A stretch of DNA of 64,000 bases from Polyangiaceae bacterium (GTDB lineage Bacteria; Myxococcota_A; Polyangia; Polyangiales; Polyangiaceae). Made by a program: the position numbers and the translations under genes. Below are positions 21,336 through 32,137 of the stretch, one piece after another. The DNA lies in the NCBI GenBank assembly GCA_033763455.1, contig JANRKO010000047.1, forward strand, positions 128,001 through 192,000. The letters are read 5' to 3'. Numbering within the stretch: position 1 is the first letter of the stretch; every line of letters starts with the position of its first letter. Under the pieces are notes generated by a model. That model saw nothing but the letters and a program-made list of their open reading frames with translations. It did not search any database and was not told the origin of the DNA.

Positions 21336-22703
21336 ATGCCAACTCGCGCCTCTCCGCCTATGAATTCGAGCACTGAAAAGTCGATACTTCAACGGTCTCT
21401 CAACGGCCTCGCTGGTCAGGGACTCTGGACTGCGGCCGGAACTGTAACGAGTTCCGCAATTGGGTTGGCTCAAGTTGTCATAGTGACGAGGCTGCTCGGC
21501 GTGGAAACGTTTGGACAAATCGCACTAATAATGGCGGTTACCTTGACCGTGCGTCAAGTCGTCGGCGTGCGTGTGTGGGAGTGGGCCATGCGCGAATTCT
21601 CCGGTGCGTACGTTAGGCGAGATGCTGCCGCGGGCGGAACGGTGATTCGAACGGGGTTCGCCTTGAGTATAGGGGTTAATCTTGTGTCTTTTTTGATCGT
21701 GCTGGGAGTGAGTCGCTTCTCGGCTCAGAACTTCCTCCACGCTGAGAACCTAACCGTATGGATAGCAATATACGGCATGTCACTCCTCGTCAGCTGGATT
21801 CCCGACACCGCTTACGGCGTGATGCGTGTTTCGGAGCGATTCCGCTTTTTGGCGGTCCAATCGGTCGTGTTGAGTTTGCTGCGGTTTTCAATTCTTTCTG
21901 GTGCAGCTTGGTTCAGGCCGACTGTGGGAAGCGCGGTCGTAGCTTATCTTGCGGTCGAGTCTTTGTCTGCAGCGTGGATGCTCGCCTCCACTGGGCGCAT
22001 TTTCAGGAAGGACTTCGGGATATCCTGGTGGCAAGCCTCAAGGTCGCGCCGCTTGCTTTTTGATCGTTCGATGCGAAAGCTGCTTCTCATCGGGAGCTTG
22101 ACAGACCTTCTAAAGATTGCGGGCGGGCGGGCTGACCTTCTCGTCCTCGGCTGGTTTAGCCCTCCAAGCGACGTGGGGTTGTATCGGGCTGCGTGGAATC
22201 TCGTCGAGATCTTTGATAGGTTGTCCAGCCCACTGTCAATGATCGTTTTCTCACGCCTTGCCAAGCTTGCGACGCTTAAGGCCCGTTCTGAGTATCTGGC
22301 GCTCCTAAGAAACATCTCCTTAGGGGCGGCTGCCTTGGTGATTCCTGGGTGTTTGAGCTTGTTTTTTCTTGCCCCATGGCTTGTTGCGACTCTGTATGGT
22401 CCAAGCTACGCTCCCGCGACTCGGATTGTGCAAACAGTCGCCTGGTGTCCTCTTTGGCTGGTGGGTATTTGGATGCAGCCCAACTCCGTGAGTGTTGGGC
22501 GGGCCGAATGGGGGCTAAAGTTAGTTACCGGCGTGACGATCTGGAAATTGGCCTTGTTGGCTGCATTTGTTCCAACGCTCGGCGCTCAGGGATTGGCGAG
22601 CGCAAACTTGCTTTACAATCTGGCCATTCCACTTTTCCTACCGTGGATGTACGTGCAGACGAAAAAACTCACAAAACTTTGGGTCGCTATACCCACCGAA
22701 TAG
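21336..22703 (+). CDS. wzx: Polysaccharide flippase Wzx (copy 1)
   Basis: 12 or more TMs; TRLLGVETFG, DLLVLG....SDVGLYRAA, LYGPSY, LGAQGLA. Confidence 0.85.
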   Translation: MPTRASPPMNSSTEKSILQRSLNGLAGQGLWTAAGTVTSSAIGLAQVVIVTRLLGVETFGQIALIMAVTLTVRQVVGVRVWEWAMREFSGAYVRRDAAAGGTVIRTGFALSIGVNLVSFLIVLGVSRFSAQNFLHAENLTVWIAIYGMSLLVSWIPDTAYGVMRVSERFRFLAVQSVVLSLLRFSILSGAAWFRPTVGSAVVAYLAVESLSAAWMLASTGRIFRKDFGISWWQASRSRRLLFDRSMRKLLLIGSLTDLLKIAGGRADLLVLGWFSPPSDVGLYRAAWNLVEIFDRLSSPLSMIVFSRLAKLATLKARSEYLALLRNISLGAAALVIPGCLSLFFLAPWLVATLYGPSYAPATRIVQTVAWCPLWLVGIWMQPNSVSVGRAEWGLKLVTGVTIWKLALLAAFVPTLGAQGLASANLLYNLAIPLFLPWMYVQTKKLTKLWVAIPTE

Positions 22704-22715
22704 AGGACAGGCAAA

Positions 22716-23453
22716 ATGGTTAGCAAGGAGGAGCTGTTACGGCGCAACTTCGGTATCCCCGCTGGTTACGAGGTGAATTCGATCCCCGTCACGTTGGATT
22801 CCAGGTCGGAGTCTGTCTACTGGAACGAAAATAGAGTAGCGGCCGCCCAGAGTTTCCAATTTCCCGTCTATCGATACGCGGCTGGGCTCGTTAGGAAGCA
22901 CGGATTCCAGACGATTCTCGACATCGGTTGCGGTGTGGGTGTCAAACTCGCACTGCTTCACAAGGAAAATGCGGGCGGACGAATTGTCGGGATAGATCAA
23001 CCAAGGGCGGTTGAGTACTGCCAGAAACACTTGGCTTTTGGCGAATGGTACAGCGATGACTTCGAGAACCCTCGCCTCGACTTGAATGTAGACGCAGATC
23101 TTGTCATTGCCGCCGATGTTATCGAGCACCTTGTCGACCCCAACTGCTTACTAGACTACGCACGACGCCGAATGAAACCCGACGGATTAATGCTCTTGTC
23201 TACGCCCGATCGGGAACGCCTCTGGGGGCGCGGGATGATGAGGAGTCCAAACCCATCACATGTTCGCGAATGGACTGCCCAGGAATTTGGGGGTTACCTT
23301 CGCAGTCGCGGATTTTTCGTGGTTGAACATTTTCATCAACTTCCTGTAAAAACGGAGATCTCTCGAATGTTCTTCCGGGAAGTGGTGCGACGCGTGCTAC
23401 GGGGCCAATCGCCAGCGTACAATCAGGTTTGTTTGGTCAAAGCGCTCCCGTGA
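22716..23453 (+). CDS. Class I SAM-dependent methyltransferase
   Basis: ILDIGCGVG, ADVIEHLVDP, LLSTPDR, HVREW; GAGGA RBS upstream. Confidence 0.88.
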   Translation: MVSKEELLRRNFGIPAGYEVNSIPVTLDSRSESVYWNENRVAAAQSFQFPVYRYAAGLVRKHGFQTILDIGCGVGVKLALLHKENAGGRIVGIDQPRAVEYCQKHLAFGEWYSDDFENPRLDLNVDADLVIAADVIEHLVDPNCLLDYARRRMKPDGLMLLSTPDRERLWGRGMMRSPNPSHVREWTAQEFGGYLRSRGFFVVEHFHQLPVKTEISRMFFREVVRRVLRGQSPAYNQVCLVKALP

Positions 23454-23624
23454 GAGCCTGCAGGGCCTGCTCCTCCAGGCGAACTCCTCGCAGGGGACAT
23501 GCAGGGGCGAGCATCCCTTGACCGAAGTGTTCGATATCCACTACAACCATCCTGAACCGGTGGCAGGGAAGAAAGCGCATCCACCCAGAAGCCCAGGCGC
23601 ACCGAGGCGGGAGGCTCCACCGAG

Positions 23625-24599
23625 ATGGGCGCTGTAGTAGGCACTGCGAAAGGGTCGGTCTGCGTGCTCATGCCAGTCTACGACGATTGGCAGTCGGCCC
23701 AAGTGCTCGCCCGCGAGCTTCTATCCAAGCTCACGCCCCACGTTGGAATTCCTCGAGTGGTCTTTGTGGATGATGGATCGCAAGAGCCCTTTCTGAACCC
23801 AGCACCAGGTCCGGGCGAAGATCAGGTGGAGGTGCTTCATTTGCGCCGCAACGTTGGGCACCAACGAGCAATTGCCATCGGCTTGGCCCACGTTCAGGCA
23901 ACTGGTGGCTACCGTGCCCTCGTTGTGATGGATGCAGACGGTGAGGATACCGTGGAAGGCGCACTCGCACTCCTCCAAAGGTTCGACGAATTAGAGGGGA
24001 GGCATACCGTTTTTGGTGCGCGCAGACGGCGAACTGAAAACTTCACGTTTCGCTTCTCCTACCGCGCGTACCGCGTGCTCCATGCTTTGCTCACGGGCCG
24101 TGAGGCACGGGAAGGGAACTTCTGTGTGCTCCCCCGCCACCACGTAGACCGCATGGCTGCTGTTTCCGAGCTCTGGAATCATTTCGCGGCCTCTATCTTT
24201 AAAGCACGTTTACCGATTGATCGGATCTTCATTGATCGCGGTGTGCGCATCGCAGGCAAATCGAAAATGAACTTCCTTTCGCTCATCACGCACGGCTTGA
24301 GCGCGATATCCGTTTTCGCAGACATCGTGGGTTTGAGGCTGCTGATAGCCACTTTCTTCCTGGCACTCGTGGTGGGGCTCTCACTGCTTGGCGTCATTTT
24401 AGTGCGGCTCACTACCGGGCTGGCCGTGCCAGGTTGGGCCACCGCAGCTACCGGTTTACTGCTCATCCTCCTAAGCCAAGCCGGCTTGTTGGCGTTCGTG
24501 TTCGTATTCATCGTCCTACAATCTAGGAACATGGCCTCGTTTATTCCCCTGCGTGACTACTCCTTTTTCGTCGAACGAGTTGCCTGCCACAAGATATGA
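23625..24599 (+). CDS. Glycosyltransferase family 2 with two C-terminal TMs (GtrB/bactoprenol glycosyltransferase-like)
   Basis: MPVYD, VDDGS, LRRNVGHQRAIAIGL, VMDADGED, R.AGKSKM; two C-terminal TMs. Confidence 0.85.
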   Translation: MGAVVGTAKGSVCVLMPVYDDWQSAQVLARELLSKLTPHVGIPRVVFVDDGSQEPFLNPAPGPGEDQVEVLHLRRNVGHQRAIAIGLAHVQATGGYRALVVMDADGEDTVEGALALLQRFDELEGRHTVFGARRRRTENFTFRFSYRAYRVLHALLTGREAREGNFCVLPRHHVDRMAAVSELWNHFAASIFKARLPIDRIFIDRGVRIAGKSKMNFLSLITHGLSAISVFADIVGLRLLIATFFLALVVGLSLLGVILVRLTTGLAVPGWATAATGLLLILLSQAGLLAFVFVFIVLQSRNMASFIPLRDYSFFVERVACHKI

Positions 24600-25309
24600 T
24601 TCACACTGATAAATATGCTGGGTCTGAGCTGGAATTGTTCGCCCAAGCTCACAATTGGAAGGCTTACTTCCGAAAAATCTTGGCACCGCACATTCGTGGC
24701 AAGATCCTGGAAGTGGGGGCCGGCATCGGAGGCACCACACGCGTTCTCCGAGGGCTTACCCAGGGCCCGTGGACCTGCCTGGAGCCCGATAAAGAGCTCG
24801 TGGAACAGCTCAGGGTCACCATTGCGACTGAGTTGCTCCGCGCGGACGCCGAGGTAGGAACCCTGCGTTCACTCCCAGAAGTGCCAACTTTCGATACCAT
24901 CTTATACATCGATGTGCTCGAACACATCGAACACGATGCCGAGGAGCTGGCGGAAGCAGCGAAGCGCTTGAATCCCGGAGGAACGATTGTCGTGCTTTCA
25001 CCCGCCCACGGCTGGCTCTTTACACCGTTCGATAGCGCTATCGGCCATTTCCGACGCTACAATAAGGAGGGGCTCCGCGCTCTCTGCCCTGCCACGTGCT
25101 TGAATCGAGACCTCTTCTATCTCGATTCGGTTGGCATGTTAGCATCAGGCGCGAACCGCCTTTTGCTCAAGAGCGCCATGCCTTCAAAGGCTCAAATTGC
25201 CGTATGGGATCGTATCATGATCCCGGCCACCGTCGTGGTTGACAGGTTAACGGGCCACCGATTGGGCAAGTCGATCGTCGCGACCTACGAGTTGCGTTCG
25301 GCGCCATGA
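24596..25309 (+). CDS. Class I SAM-dependent methyltransferase
   Basis: ILEVGAGIG, DVLEHIEHD, D.AIGHFRRY. Confidence 0.88.
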   Translation: MIHTDKYAGSELELFAQAHNWKAYFRKILAPHIRGKILEVGAGIGGTTRVLRGLTQGPWTCLEPDKELVEQLRVTIATELLRADAEVGTLRSLPEVPTFDTILYIDVLEHIEHDAEELAEAAKRLNPGGTIVVLSPAHGWLFTPFDSAIGHFRRYNKEGLRALCPATCLNRDLFYLDSVGMLASGANRLLLKSAMPSKAQIAVWDRIMIPATVVVDRLTGHRLGKSIVATYELRSAP

Positions 25310-27270
25310 CTTTCTGCCCTCCACAAAAGGGCCCGCCACTCCGGCAGTTAGTACGCGCTGCACTCTGGCCCGCTTCTACCTATGCCCGAGGTTTGCTTGT
25401 CTTGGTCGCCTGCCGGCCGCTCATCATCTGGGCCGCGAGCCGCCTGCTCCGAGTAGAGCCTCTAGGAGTTACCGCGCTGTATCGCCCCGGGGGGGATGTT
25501 CAATATTACGAACTGGTCGCAGCCCTTGCGCGCGGAACCTTAGGGGAATCAAACTTGTGGGAAACCTACGGTGAAGGGCTGCACCCCTTTCCGCTCGCCG
25601 GAATCGCGCTGCACGCGCTCGGGTTTGCCTTGGCGGGGGCCTATGGCCTGCTCTTGGCCGATACGCTGGTTGCTTACGCGTTCTTCGTACTCTACAGCCT
25701 GCTGGCGCGGCTACTGGGAGCACGAGAGAACACCGCCTCGACGCTCGCCGGGTTTGCGGCAAGTTATCTGTTCGCAGCCGCTTGGCCCATAACGGATAGC
25801 CTGGGTTTTTGGCGAGACCTCTACTGGGGTGATCGTTTTCCGCGCCCCTACGTGACTTCTGTGTTTGTCTATTTGGCTCTCAGCGTGCTTGCGGTGCTTT
25901 GGACGCGCCCGCGCGAACCTCGAAGTATCACGTTCTTCAGCGTCGCGGGCGTGTCCGCTGCTTTGTTGGTGCAGTCTGACATCTATTCGGCGTTTATCGT
26001 GAGCCTCGCGACTTTACCGGTATTGCTTAACCTCTGGCGAACCAGAAGCTCCGGCAGCCTTGGCCCACTCTCTTTGCGGCTGGCGTTCTTTCTCTCCTCG
26101 TTCGCGCTCGTCGTATGGCCATTCGTGCTGCAGAAGCACAGCACCACGGCGGCGCTCTTGGTGCGCTGGGGGGCGTATCCTGTTTCTCGCCTTCACGCCC
26201 TCACCTGGATCCGCGAAGTGCCTCCTGCTGGGTTCCTGGTGCTGGCGGGCTTCGCGGCACTTACCTGGCTCGCGCTTCGCCGCTCTTTGCCCGAGCGGCG
26301 CGCGCTCGCGCTCTCTCACGCCGCCTTTTGGCTCACCCTCGTAGTGGGCGCTAGCGTTAGCCTGCCACTCTTTTCGGCTGTTTTAGGTCAAGGGCTCTAC
26401 CCCTACATGTTCCCCGACCGAATTCGCCGATTCGCGCTGGATGGCGCGCTGTTCTTGTTTGCTATTGCTATCGTGCCAGCGGCCCTGGCGCGCTTCCGCG
26501 AAGTTACGCACAACAACAAGAGCGGGGAGAGTTCTGGGAGGTTCTGGCCACGCATGCTAGGCGCTGGCTTTACGCTTGCTGTAGCGCTCTCCATCGTCGG
26601 GCGCGGAGTTCAAAATGCCCGGCGAGAAACCCACACCCGTGTCAGTTGGTACAACTTTGAGTCCCTTGGCTCGTACCGTCACAATTTTTCTGAGCTCGCT
26701 TATGAGCTCAAGAACGCCCGCTATTCAAACCTGGCAGTGCTTGGCACTCTCGATCAACAGGTGCATGTTTATTGGCAAGCATTCCACGGGGGGTACGCTT
26801 TCGTACCCGATGCTTGGGTGTCAATAGCAAATGAAGCTGAGCTTGAGCACCGTTTCGCGAGCTTTGCGCACCTTTTGGGCGCTACCGAGGCCCAGTACGC
26901 CGGGCTCCTCGGCACGAGTGGGCTCCAGATCGTGTTCATGAGCGTCTCCAAGTACGCCGCTAACCGCGAGCACACCTACGCTCCGCTCTCGGACTACACG
27001 CCCGAACAGCGCGCGCGCATCGCCAGAAGGGGTCTCTTCGTGGCCTTCCAGCCCGAGCTTCCCGAGTCGGAATTACGGCGCCTGACGGCGAAGTACCGGG
27101 CACGCGCCCAGCACCCTGAAACGCGGAGGTTGGATCTTGTTGTGTTGACCAACGATGCCCCATTCCGTGACCTCGCACCGCCTGCGGACCGCTTCCAGAG
27201 AACCTTCGAAAATGAGATCTTTCGAGTTTACGTCCGGAATGAGCGTCAGCTACGAACGAACACCAACTGA
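25306..27270 (+). CDS. Large polytopic membrane protein, possible GT-C-type periplasmic glycosyltransferase
   Basis: About 11-12 TMs followed by a soluble C-terminal domain. It is translationally coupled to the GT2/methyltransferase genes. Function is inferred only. Confidence 0.6.
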   Translation: MTFCPPQKGPPLRQLVRAALWPASTYARGLLVLVACRPLIIWAASRLLRVEPLGVTALYRPGGDVQYYELVAALARGTLGESNLWETYGEGLHPFPLAGIALHALGFALAGAYGLLLADTLVAYAFFVLYSLLARLLGARENTASTLAGFAASYLFAAAWPITDSLGFWRDLYWGDRFPRPYVTSVFVYLALSVLAVLWTRPREPRSITFFSVAGVSAALLVQSDIYSAFIVSLATLPVLLNLWRTRSSGSLGPLSLRLAFFLSSFALVVWPFVLQKHSTTAALLVRWGAYPVSRLHALTWIREVPPAGFLVLAGFAALTWLALRRSLPERRALALSHAAFWLTLVVGASVSLPLFSAVLGQGLYPYMFPDRIRRFALDGALFLFAIAIVPAALARFREVTHNNKSGESSGRFWPRMLGAGFTLAVALSIVGRGVQNARRETHTRVSWYNFESLGSYRHNFSELAYELKNARYSNLAVLGTLDQQVHVYWQAFHGGYAFVPDAWVSIANEAELEHRFASFAHLLGATEAQYAGLLGTSGLQIVFMSVSKYAANREHTYAPLSDYTPEQRARIARRGLFVAFQPELPESELRRLTAKYRARAQHPETRRLDLVVLTNDAPFRDLAPPADRFQRTFENEIFRVYVRNERQLRTNTN

Positions 27271-28046
27271 ACCTGGGAAGCAAATACCTTCGGCAGCTTC
27301 TGCGTGAGGACACTGTCGGCCCGCTCGACCCACTTCGCCAGGCCCAAGGGGAGCGGCACATAGGCAGTGGTCGCGATGACGCCCCCCGAGTTCAGTAACG
27401 TGAGAAACTCGGAGTACGAGCGGTGCATTAACGCCAACTCTGGAACACGTCGAGCGAGCTCATCCTCGCGCGCTAGGAGCAAATCCACCACGGCGTTGTT
27501 GCCCGCCCAGGGATTATCTGGGTTCGTACAAGGCGCACTCTCATCGTACACATCCACCCCGAAATCATAGCCCTCATGCCGCTGCAAGCGCAGCGCCGCC
27601 CGCAAGAACAAGGAACACCGGACATCTTGGACGATGAGGCGACCGCCAGGGCGCAGAATACGCACCATCTCACGAAAGAAGCGGAGCGGGTACGCCAGGT
27701 GGTGAATCATGTTCACAGAAATGGCGAAGTCAAACTCCCCATTTTCGAACGGGGTGGCCATTGCATCCACGTTCTTTACGTCGAGCCAGTCGCTCTCAGC
27801 ATAGTCCGTGATCAAGAGTTCCTTGGCTTGCACCAATTCCCTGGAGAATCCGGGGCCGGCACCCAACTCCACCCCGCGATCGTTCGGCCCTATGAAGCTA
27901 TTCATCCAGCGATATCTATTCTCTACCAAGAGCTTCAGGTTAGCGCTTGGATGCCCGTAGTAGCGTTTCCTGGCTGCCACCGTATCATTAGGACCCTTCA
28001 TACGGTTATCCGCAGCCTGCGGAACATATCGAGACAACGCGCTCAT
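27246..28046 (-). CDS. Class I SAM-dependent methyltransferase
   Basis: VELGAGPG, PFENGEFD, NMIHHL, RILRPGG. Confidence 0.88.
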   Translation of the reverse strand: MSALSRYVPQAADNRMKGPNDTVAARKRYYGHPSANLKLLVENRYRWMNSFIGPNDRGVELGAGPGFSRELVQAKELLITDYAESDWLDVKNVDAMATPFENGEFDFAISVNMIHHLAYPLRFFREMVRILRPGGRLIVQDVRCSLFLRAALRLQRHEGYDFGVDVYDESAPCTNPDNPWAGNNAVVDLLLAREDELARRVPELALMHRSYSEFLTLLNSGGVIATTAYVPLPLGLAKWVERADSVLTQKLPKVFASQVQLVFVRS

Positions 28047-29356
28047 TAGTGGCTCTCGCTTGCCGCTGTAGGGAGCGAACCCGCCGGTGAACTGCTCGGG
28101 ACCGTGCCTTTACTTGTAGGAAAATGAAGCGCGGCCACCAAGAGACCGATTAGCACCCAAATATGCCTGGCATCCTCAAAGGCACCGCTTAAGCCTTGAT
28201 ACCCCAGGCTACCCACAAGCGCACAGCCAAGCGCGCGCGGCCAAACGCCCGCTTCGCCCGTGTTCCAGCTTCGTAAGCGCCACGAGCGAAGCAAGTGCAC
28301 CATGAGCCAGCCAAACGCCGAAAGCCCGACGATCCCCTCTTGCGCGGCGACACTCAGGACCACGTTGTGCGCTTCGGTGAGGTTCTCCTGAATGCCGGAA
28401 GGCACGACCCAGGAAACGTTCACCGGATCGGTGCCCACGCCTTTTCCGAGCACAGGATGCTGCAAGAACGTCCGAAGGGCATCCTTCCAAACCAAGATCC
28501 TGACACTCGGGGCGAAGCTCCCAGAGAGCGACACCGTTGTGGCGGCGAACAAGGCTGTTGCCAGAAGTGCTCCCGTGCCGAGCGCTAGCCGACCCAGCCT
28601 AGCATTGGAGGTGCCTCGCGTCTCTAGCCAGAGCCACAGCCCCGCGCCGAGCGCGATGCCTCCAATGCCTGTGGAAAAGGTGAACGCCGCTGCAGCAGCG
28701 GTTAGCAGAAGCAAACACGCGGCGGCTAGGCGAGAGATGAATCTTCGATAAAGAGCTGCGAGCGTTATCAACACGCTCACTATGAGGTAATTGCAGAACA
28801 TGTTCCCGTTGGTGAAAAATCCATAGAGGCGCGGGTAATTCCCAGGTGGAAGGGAGCCGTAGTTCCAGAGCACCAAGTTCACGGCACGTTCGCGAACTCC
28901 TAGATAAAAAATCGCAACACCGAGAGCACACGCCACAACGCTGAGGCCTGTTACCGAGAGCCACACGCGCACCACGCTTCTGAGCCTGGCTTCGGTGGTT
29001 ATCAGATTCATACCCAAGAAAGCCAACGCGAGTAGATAAATCTCCCCAGCAAACTTGATAAGGCTTCGCTTCGGTTCTGCGGACACCAAAATGGACAAGC
29101 CCATGGCCGCCGCGTACGCCAACATGGGCCAGTACACCGAGAGGCTCCGGACCTTCACGCCTCTGAGCAGGCTGGCGCCACCGAACAGCGTTGCGGCCAC
29201 AAGGAAAGCCAAATCCGACAGGCCAACGACCTGCCCAGCGATGCGGATCGAACCGAAGCGGAACGCGAGCACTCCGACTATCAGGAGGTACACGGCCCAT
29301 GCTCCGCGTCCGAGTAGGATCCCCACTGGCGAAGCTGCTCGGACGGAGGCACTCAT
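28046..29356 (-). CDS. O-antigen ligase (Wzy_C) family protein, paralog 2
   Basis: [21 protein letters not shown]...[27 protein letters not shown]. The start at ATG 29356 is inferred. Confidence 0.8.
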   Translation of the reverse strand: MSASVRAASPVGILLGRGAWAVYLLIVGVLAFRFGSIRIAGQVVGLSDLAFLVAATLFGGASLLRGVKVRSLSVYWPMLAYAAAMGLSILVSAEPKRSLIKFAGEIYLLALAFLGMNLITTEARLRSVVRVWLSVTGLSVVACALGVAIFYLGVRERAVNLVLWNYGSLPPGNYPRLYGFFTNGNMFCNYLIVSVLITLAALYRRFISRLAAACLLLLTAAAAAFTFSTGIGGIALGAGLWLWLETRGTSNARLGRLALGTGALLATALFAATTVSLSGSFAPSVRILVWKDALRTFLQHPVLGKGVGTDPVNVSWVVPSGIQENLTEAHNVVLSVAAQEGIVGLSAFGWLMVHLLRSWRLRSWNTGEAGVWPRALGCALVGSLGYQGLSGAFEDARHIWVLIGLLVAALHFPTSKGTVPSSSPAGSLPTAASESH

Positions 29357-29474
29357 CGGTCGTACGCCTTCTTGCCTTGTTCGCGTGCGTAAGGCAATGT
29401 TAGAAGCAGTAAGATTGTCCAAAAGCGCGGTCATGCGGCCGATAACCCCGCAGCACCAGCAGCGAAAGCCACGG

Positions 29475-30212
29475 ATGCCAAAACTGTCAGTCGTAGTCCC
29501 CGTCTACAATGAAGAACCTCAGTTAGCAGAGGTGATTGCCCTCTTGTTTGCGTCACCCTGCCCCATCGAACGCGAATGGATATTCATTGACGATTGCTCG
29601 ACGGATCGAAGCCTTGAGATCTTGAAGAGAGAGTCTGAGCGCTACGGCTTCAAGCTTCTGGCCCAGGCGCGCAACCAGGGAAAAGGGGCAGCGGTAATCC
29701 GCGGCATTCGCGAGGCCACGGGCGATTTTATCGTTATCCAAGATGCAGATCGCGAGTACGATCCGGCGGATATTCCCGCGCTTTTGCAGCCCCTTCTCGA
29801 TGGGAAAGCTGATGTCGTTTATGGCAGCCGATTCAAGAAGAGCGGTAATCAAGTCCATCGAACGTATCACTACTTCGTCAATCGCTCGCTAACGATCGCG
29901 AGCAATCTGCTCTCTGGCTGTTACCTCACAGACATGGAAACTTGCTACAAGGTCTTCCGCGCGGATCTCTTGAAAGCGATGAAGCTGGAGTCCCAGCGCT
30001 TCGGCATTGAGGTCGAGCTCACCGCCAAAATCGCCAAGGTTCGAGCACGCGTCTACGAGCTTCCGATTTCCTACTACCCGCGCACGCGGCTACAGGGCAA
30101 GAAAATCGGGTGGAAAGACGGCGCGGCGGCGCTCGCCCATTTAGTGCGTTACAACCTCCTCACGTCGGTTGAGGATTCCTTCGATCACGTCGACGAGCGC
30201 TACCGTCGATAA
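29475..30212 (+). CDS. Glycosyltransferase family 2 (polyprenol-phosphate glycosyl synthase-like)
   Basis: [49 protein letters not shown]. The start at ATG 29475 is inferred. Confidence 0.9.
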   Translation: MPKLSVVVPVYNEEPQLAEVIALLFASPCPIEREWIFIDDCSTDRSLEILKRESERYGFKLLAQARNQGKGAAVIRGIREATGDFIVIQDADREYDPADIPALLQPLLDGKADVVYGSRFKKSGNQVHRTYHYFVNRSLTIASNLLSGCYLTDMETCYKVFRADLLKAMKLESQRFGIEVELTAKIAKVRARVYELPISYYPRTRLQGKKIGWKDGAAALAHLVRYNLLTSVEDSFDHVDERYRR

Positions 30213-30234
30213 TGAACGAGCTTCACGGTCATCG

Positions 30235-31317
30235 ATGAAGGAAGCGCTCACACGCGAGAATGCGAACGGTACCAAAGGGCCGAAGCTCGCTGAGCTAGAG
30301 TGCCTGCGGGGGCTCGCAGCATTCTACGTATTTCTGCACCACTACGTGCGCCGCGGCGTGCCCGAGTTGCCGATCTTGGTGCGTTTCTTCAGCTTCGGCC
30401 AAGTGGCAGTCATGCTCTTTTTCTTGGTGTCCGGGTTCGTGATTCACCTGGCTACACGCTCAGCCACCGGTCCGTTTCAATTTTTCCCGTACCTCTTGAG
30501 ACGCATCCGTCGCATCTATCCGCCCTACTTGATCGCGCTGCTATTGACGTGGGTTTGCTGGTGGGTGGTGCCCATCAACCTGCCTTTCAGCTTCAAAGAG
30601 TTGGCCGGCAACGCCCTGATGCTCCAAGGCGAATCTGGGACCTCCTCCATCAAACATTTTCTCGACAACTATCCGCTGTGGTCTCTGAGCTACGAGTTTT
30701 GGTTTTATGTGCTGTATGGGCTCCTGGTAAGCTCCGGCCTTAGCTTCGAGCAACAGCGCAGGGTCACGCTCGTGGTCACCGCCCTGGCCACGATCGTGGA
30801 TCTAACGATCCCCAATCAGGCTGCACGCTTCATCTCCTACTTTCCGCTTTGGTGGGTCGGCGTTGAGCTCGCCGAACTGTACGAGCAGAGCAAGAGGATC
30901 CGGCTTCGCTCTTTGCTTCCGGCGCTCTCCGTGCTCGCCCTCCCCTTTTTGGCCCGCGCTTTAGACCTCTTATGGCGCTCCGGCTTGGAGATTTCGGTCT
31001 ATGGCGCGCGCGAAACCACGGTGCGGCGCTTTGTAACGGTGGCACTCTTGCTGAGCGTTGGTCTTGTTTGGCAGCGCTTCAGCTTTCGAGGCTTCTGGCC
31101 GATTCTTGGGGTATTTCGCTGGCTTGCCCCCATCTCTTACGCGCTCTACGTCACCCACGCTCCGGTGTTGCGCATTGCCGTGATGAGCTCACCCATCCGT
31201 TCGGGGCTGCTAAATTTTCTGTGGATTTGCCCGCTCGTGCTGGCTGTAGCCTGGGTGATTGAGGTACCCATCCAGAACGCCGTGAACCGCGCTTTTCCTC
31301 TCAGGCCTCGAAAGTAA
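30235..31317 (+). CDS. Acyltransferase family 3 (OafA-like O-acyltransferase)
   Basis: LECLRGLAAFYVFLHH, AVMLFFLVSGFVI, RRIRRIYP, WSLSYEFWFY, ISYALYVTH. Confidence 0.9.
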   Translation: MKEALTRENANGTKGPKLAELECLRGLAAFYVFLHHYVRRGVPELPILVRFFSFGQVAVMLFFLVSGFVIHLATRSATGPFQFFPYLLRRIRRIYPPYLIALLLTWVCWWVVPINLPFSFKELAGNALMLQGESGTSSIKHFLDNYPLWSLSYEFWFYVLYGLLVSSGLSFEQQRRVTLVVTALATIVDLTIPNQAARFISYFPLWWVGVELAELYEQSKRIRLRSLLPALSVLALPFLARALDLLWRSGLEISVYGARETTVRRFVTVALLLSVGLVWQRFSFRGFWPILGVFRWLAPISYALYVTHAPVLRIAVMSSPIRSGLLNFLWICPLVLAVAWVIEVPIQNAVNRAFPLRPRK

Positions 31318-32137
31318 AGGGGAGCACTCGCGTCAGGTGCGCATTAGGCAGCGCCGCCACGCGCTCGAAGTGGGTGGCCCGCCCCGTATAGGGGAACGGC
31401 TCCCCCAGCCAGTTCGAAAGCTTGCCCCCAGCCTCAGAGAGGATCACCTCGCCCGGCGCGATATCCCACAACTTCAGCTTAAATTCTTTGAAATAAACGT
31501 TCCCACTGCCGTCGGCAATGCGACAAATCTTTAGGCCGGCACTGCCGCATTCGAGAAGCTCCGCATTCAGACGTTCAAACAGCACGCCGGCCGGCCCTTT
31601 AGGGTGCGTGCTATCGACAAACTTTGGCCGCTCGGGCCAGGCTACGCTGGGATCGAGGTGGAGTCGCTCCGAGCGATCTTCGGCGTCTATAAGGTAAGAG
31701 CCCTCGCCTCGGATGCCGACGTAACACCTCGATGCTGCGGGTTCAGCGATGGCTCCCAGCTGAACAACTCCGGACTCGATGTACGCGACCTGCACGCAAT
31801 AGCCGTCGAACCCTTCCACGTAGCTGCGGGTGCCATCGAGTGCGTCCACCGTCCAAAATGGGCGGGTGGTATCGAGAGGCTTGGAATTTCCTCCGTCAAA
31901 GCGCTCCTCGCTCAAGAATTGGTCATCCGGGAAGCTCCCCTCCAGCAAGCCGAGCACCCAGCCTTCGGCCGCGATGTCGACGTTGGTCTTGAGTTGCGTT
32001 CCGTCGTCCGAGGCCATCACGCCAAACCCACGGAGCTCCTGAAGCGCTGCACCGCACGACGTGACAGAAGCCACGGCCACCTCCATGCGCCTTCGGAAGC
32101 CGGATGCGTTCCACTCTTCTGGCAGACGATAGGTCAC
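31301..32137 (-). CDS. Inositol monophosphatase / CysQ family phosphatase
   Basis: KT.VD, FLSEE, WTVDALDGT, GSAGLK, WDIAPG...EAGG. Confidence 0.85.
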   Translation of the reverse strand: MTYRLPEEWNASGFRRRMEVAVASVTSCGAALQELRGFGVMASDDGTQLKTNVDIAAEGWVLGLLEGSFPDDQFLSEERFDGGNSKPLDTTRPFWTVDALDGTRSYVEGFDGYCVQVAYIESGVVQLGAIAEPAASRCYVGIRGEGSYLIDAEDRSERLHLDPSVAWPERPKFVDSTHPKGPAGVLFERLNAELLECGSAGLKICRIADGSGNVYFKEFKLKLWDIAPGEVILSEAGGKLSNWLGEPFPYTGRATHFERVAALPNAHLTRVLPFTFEA

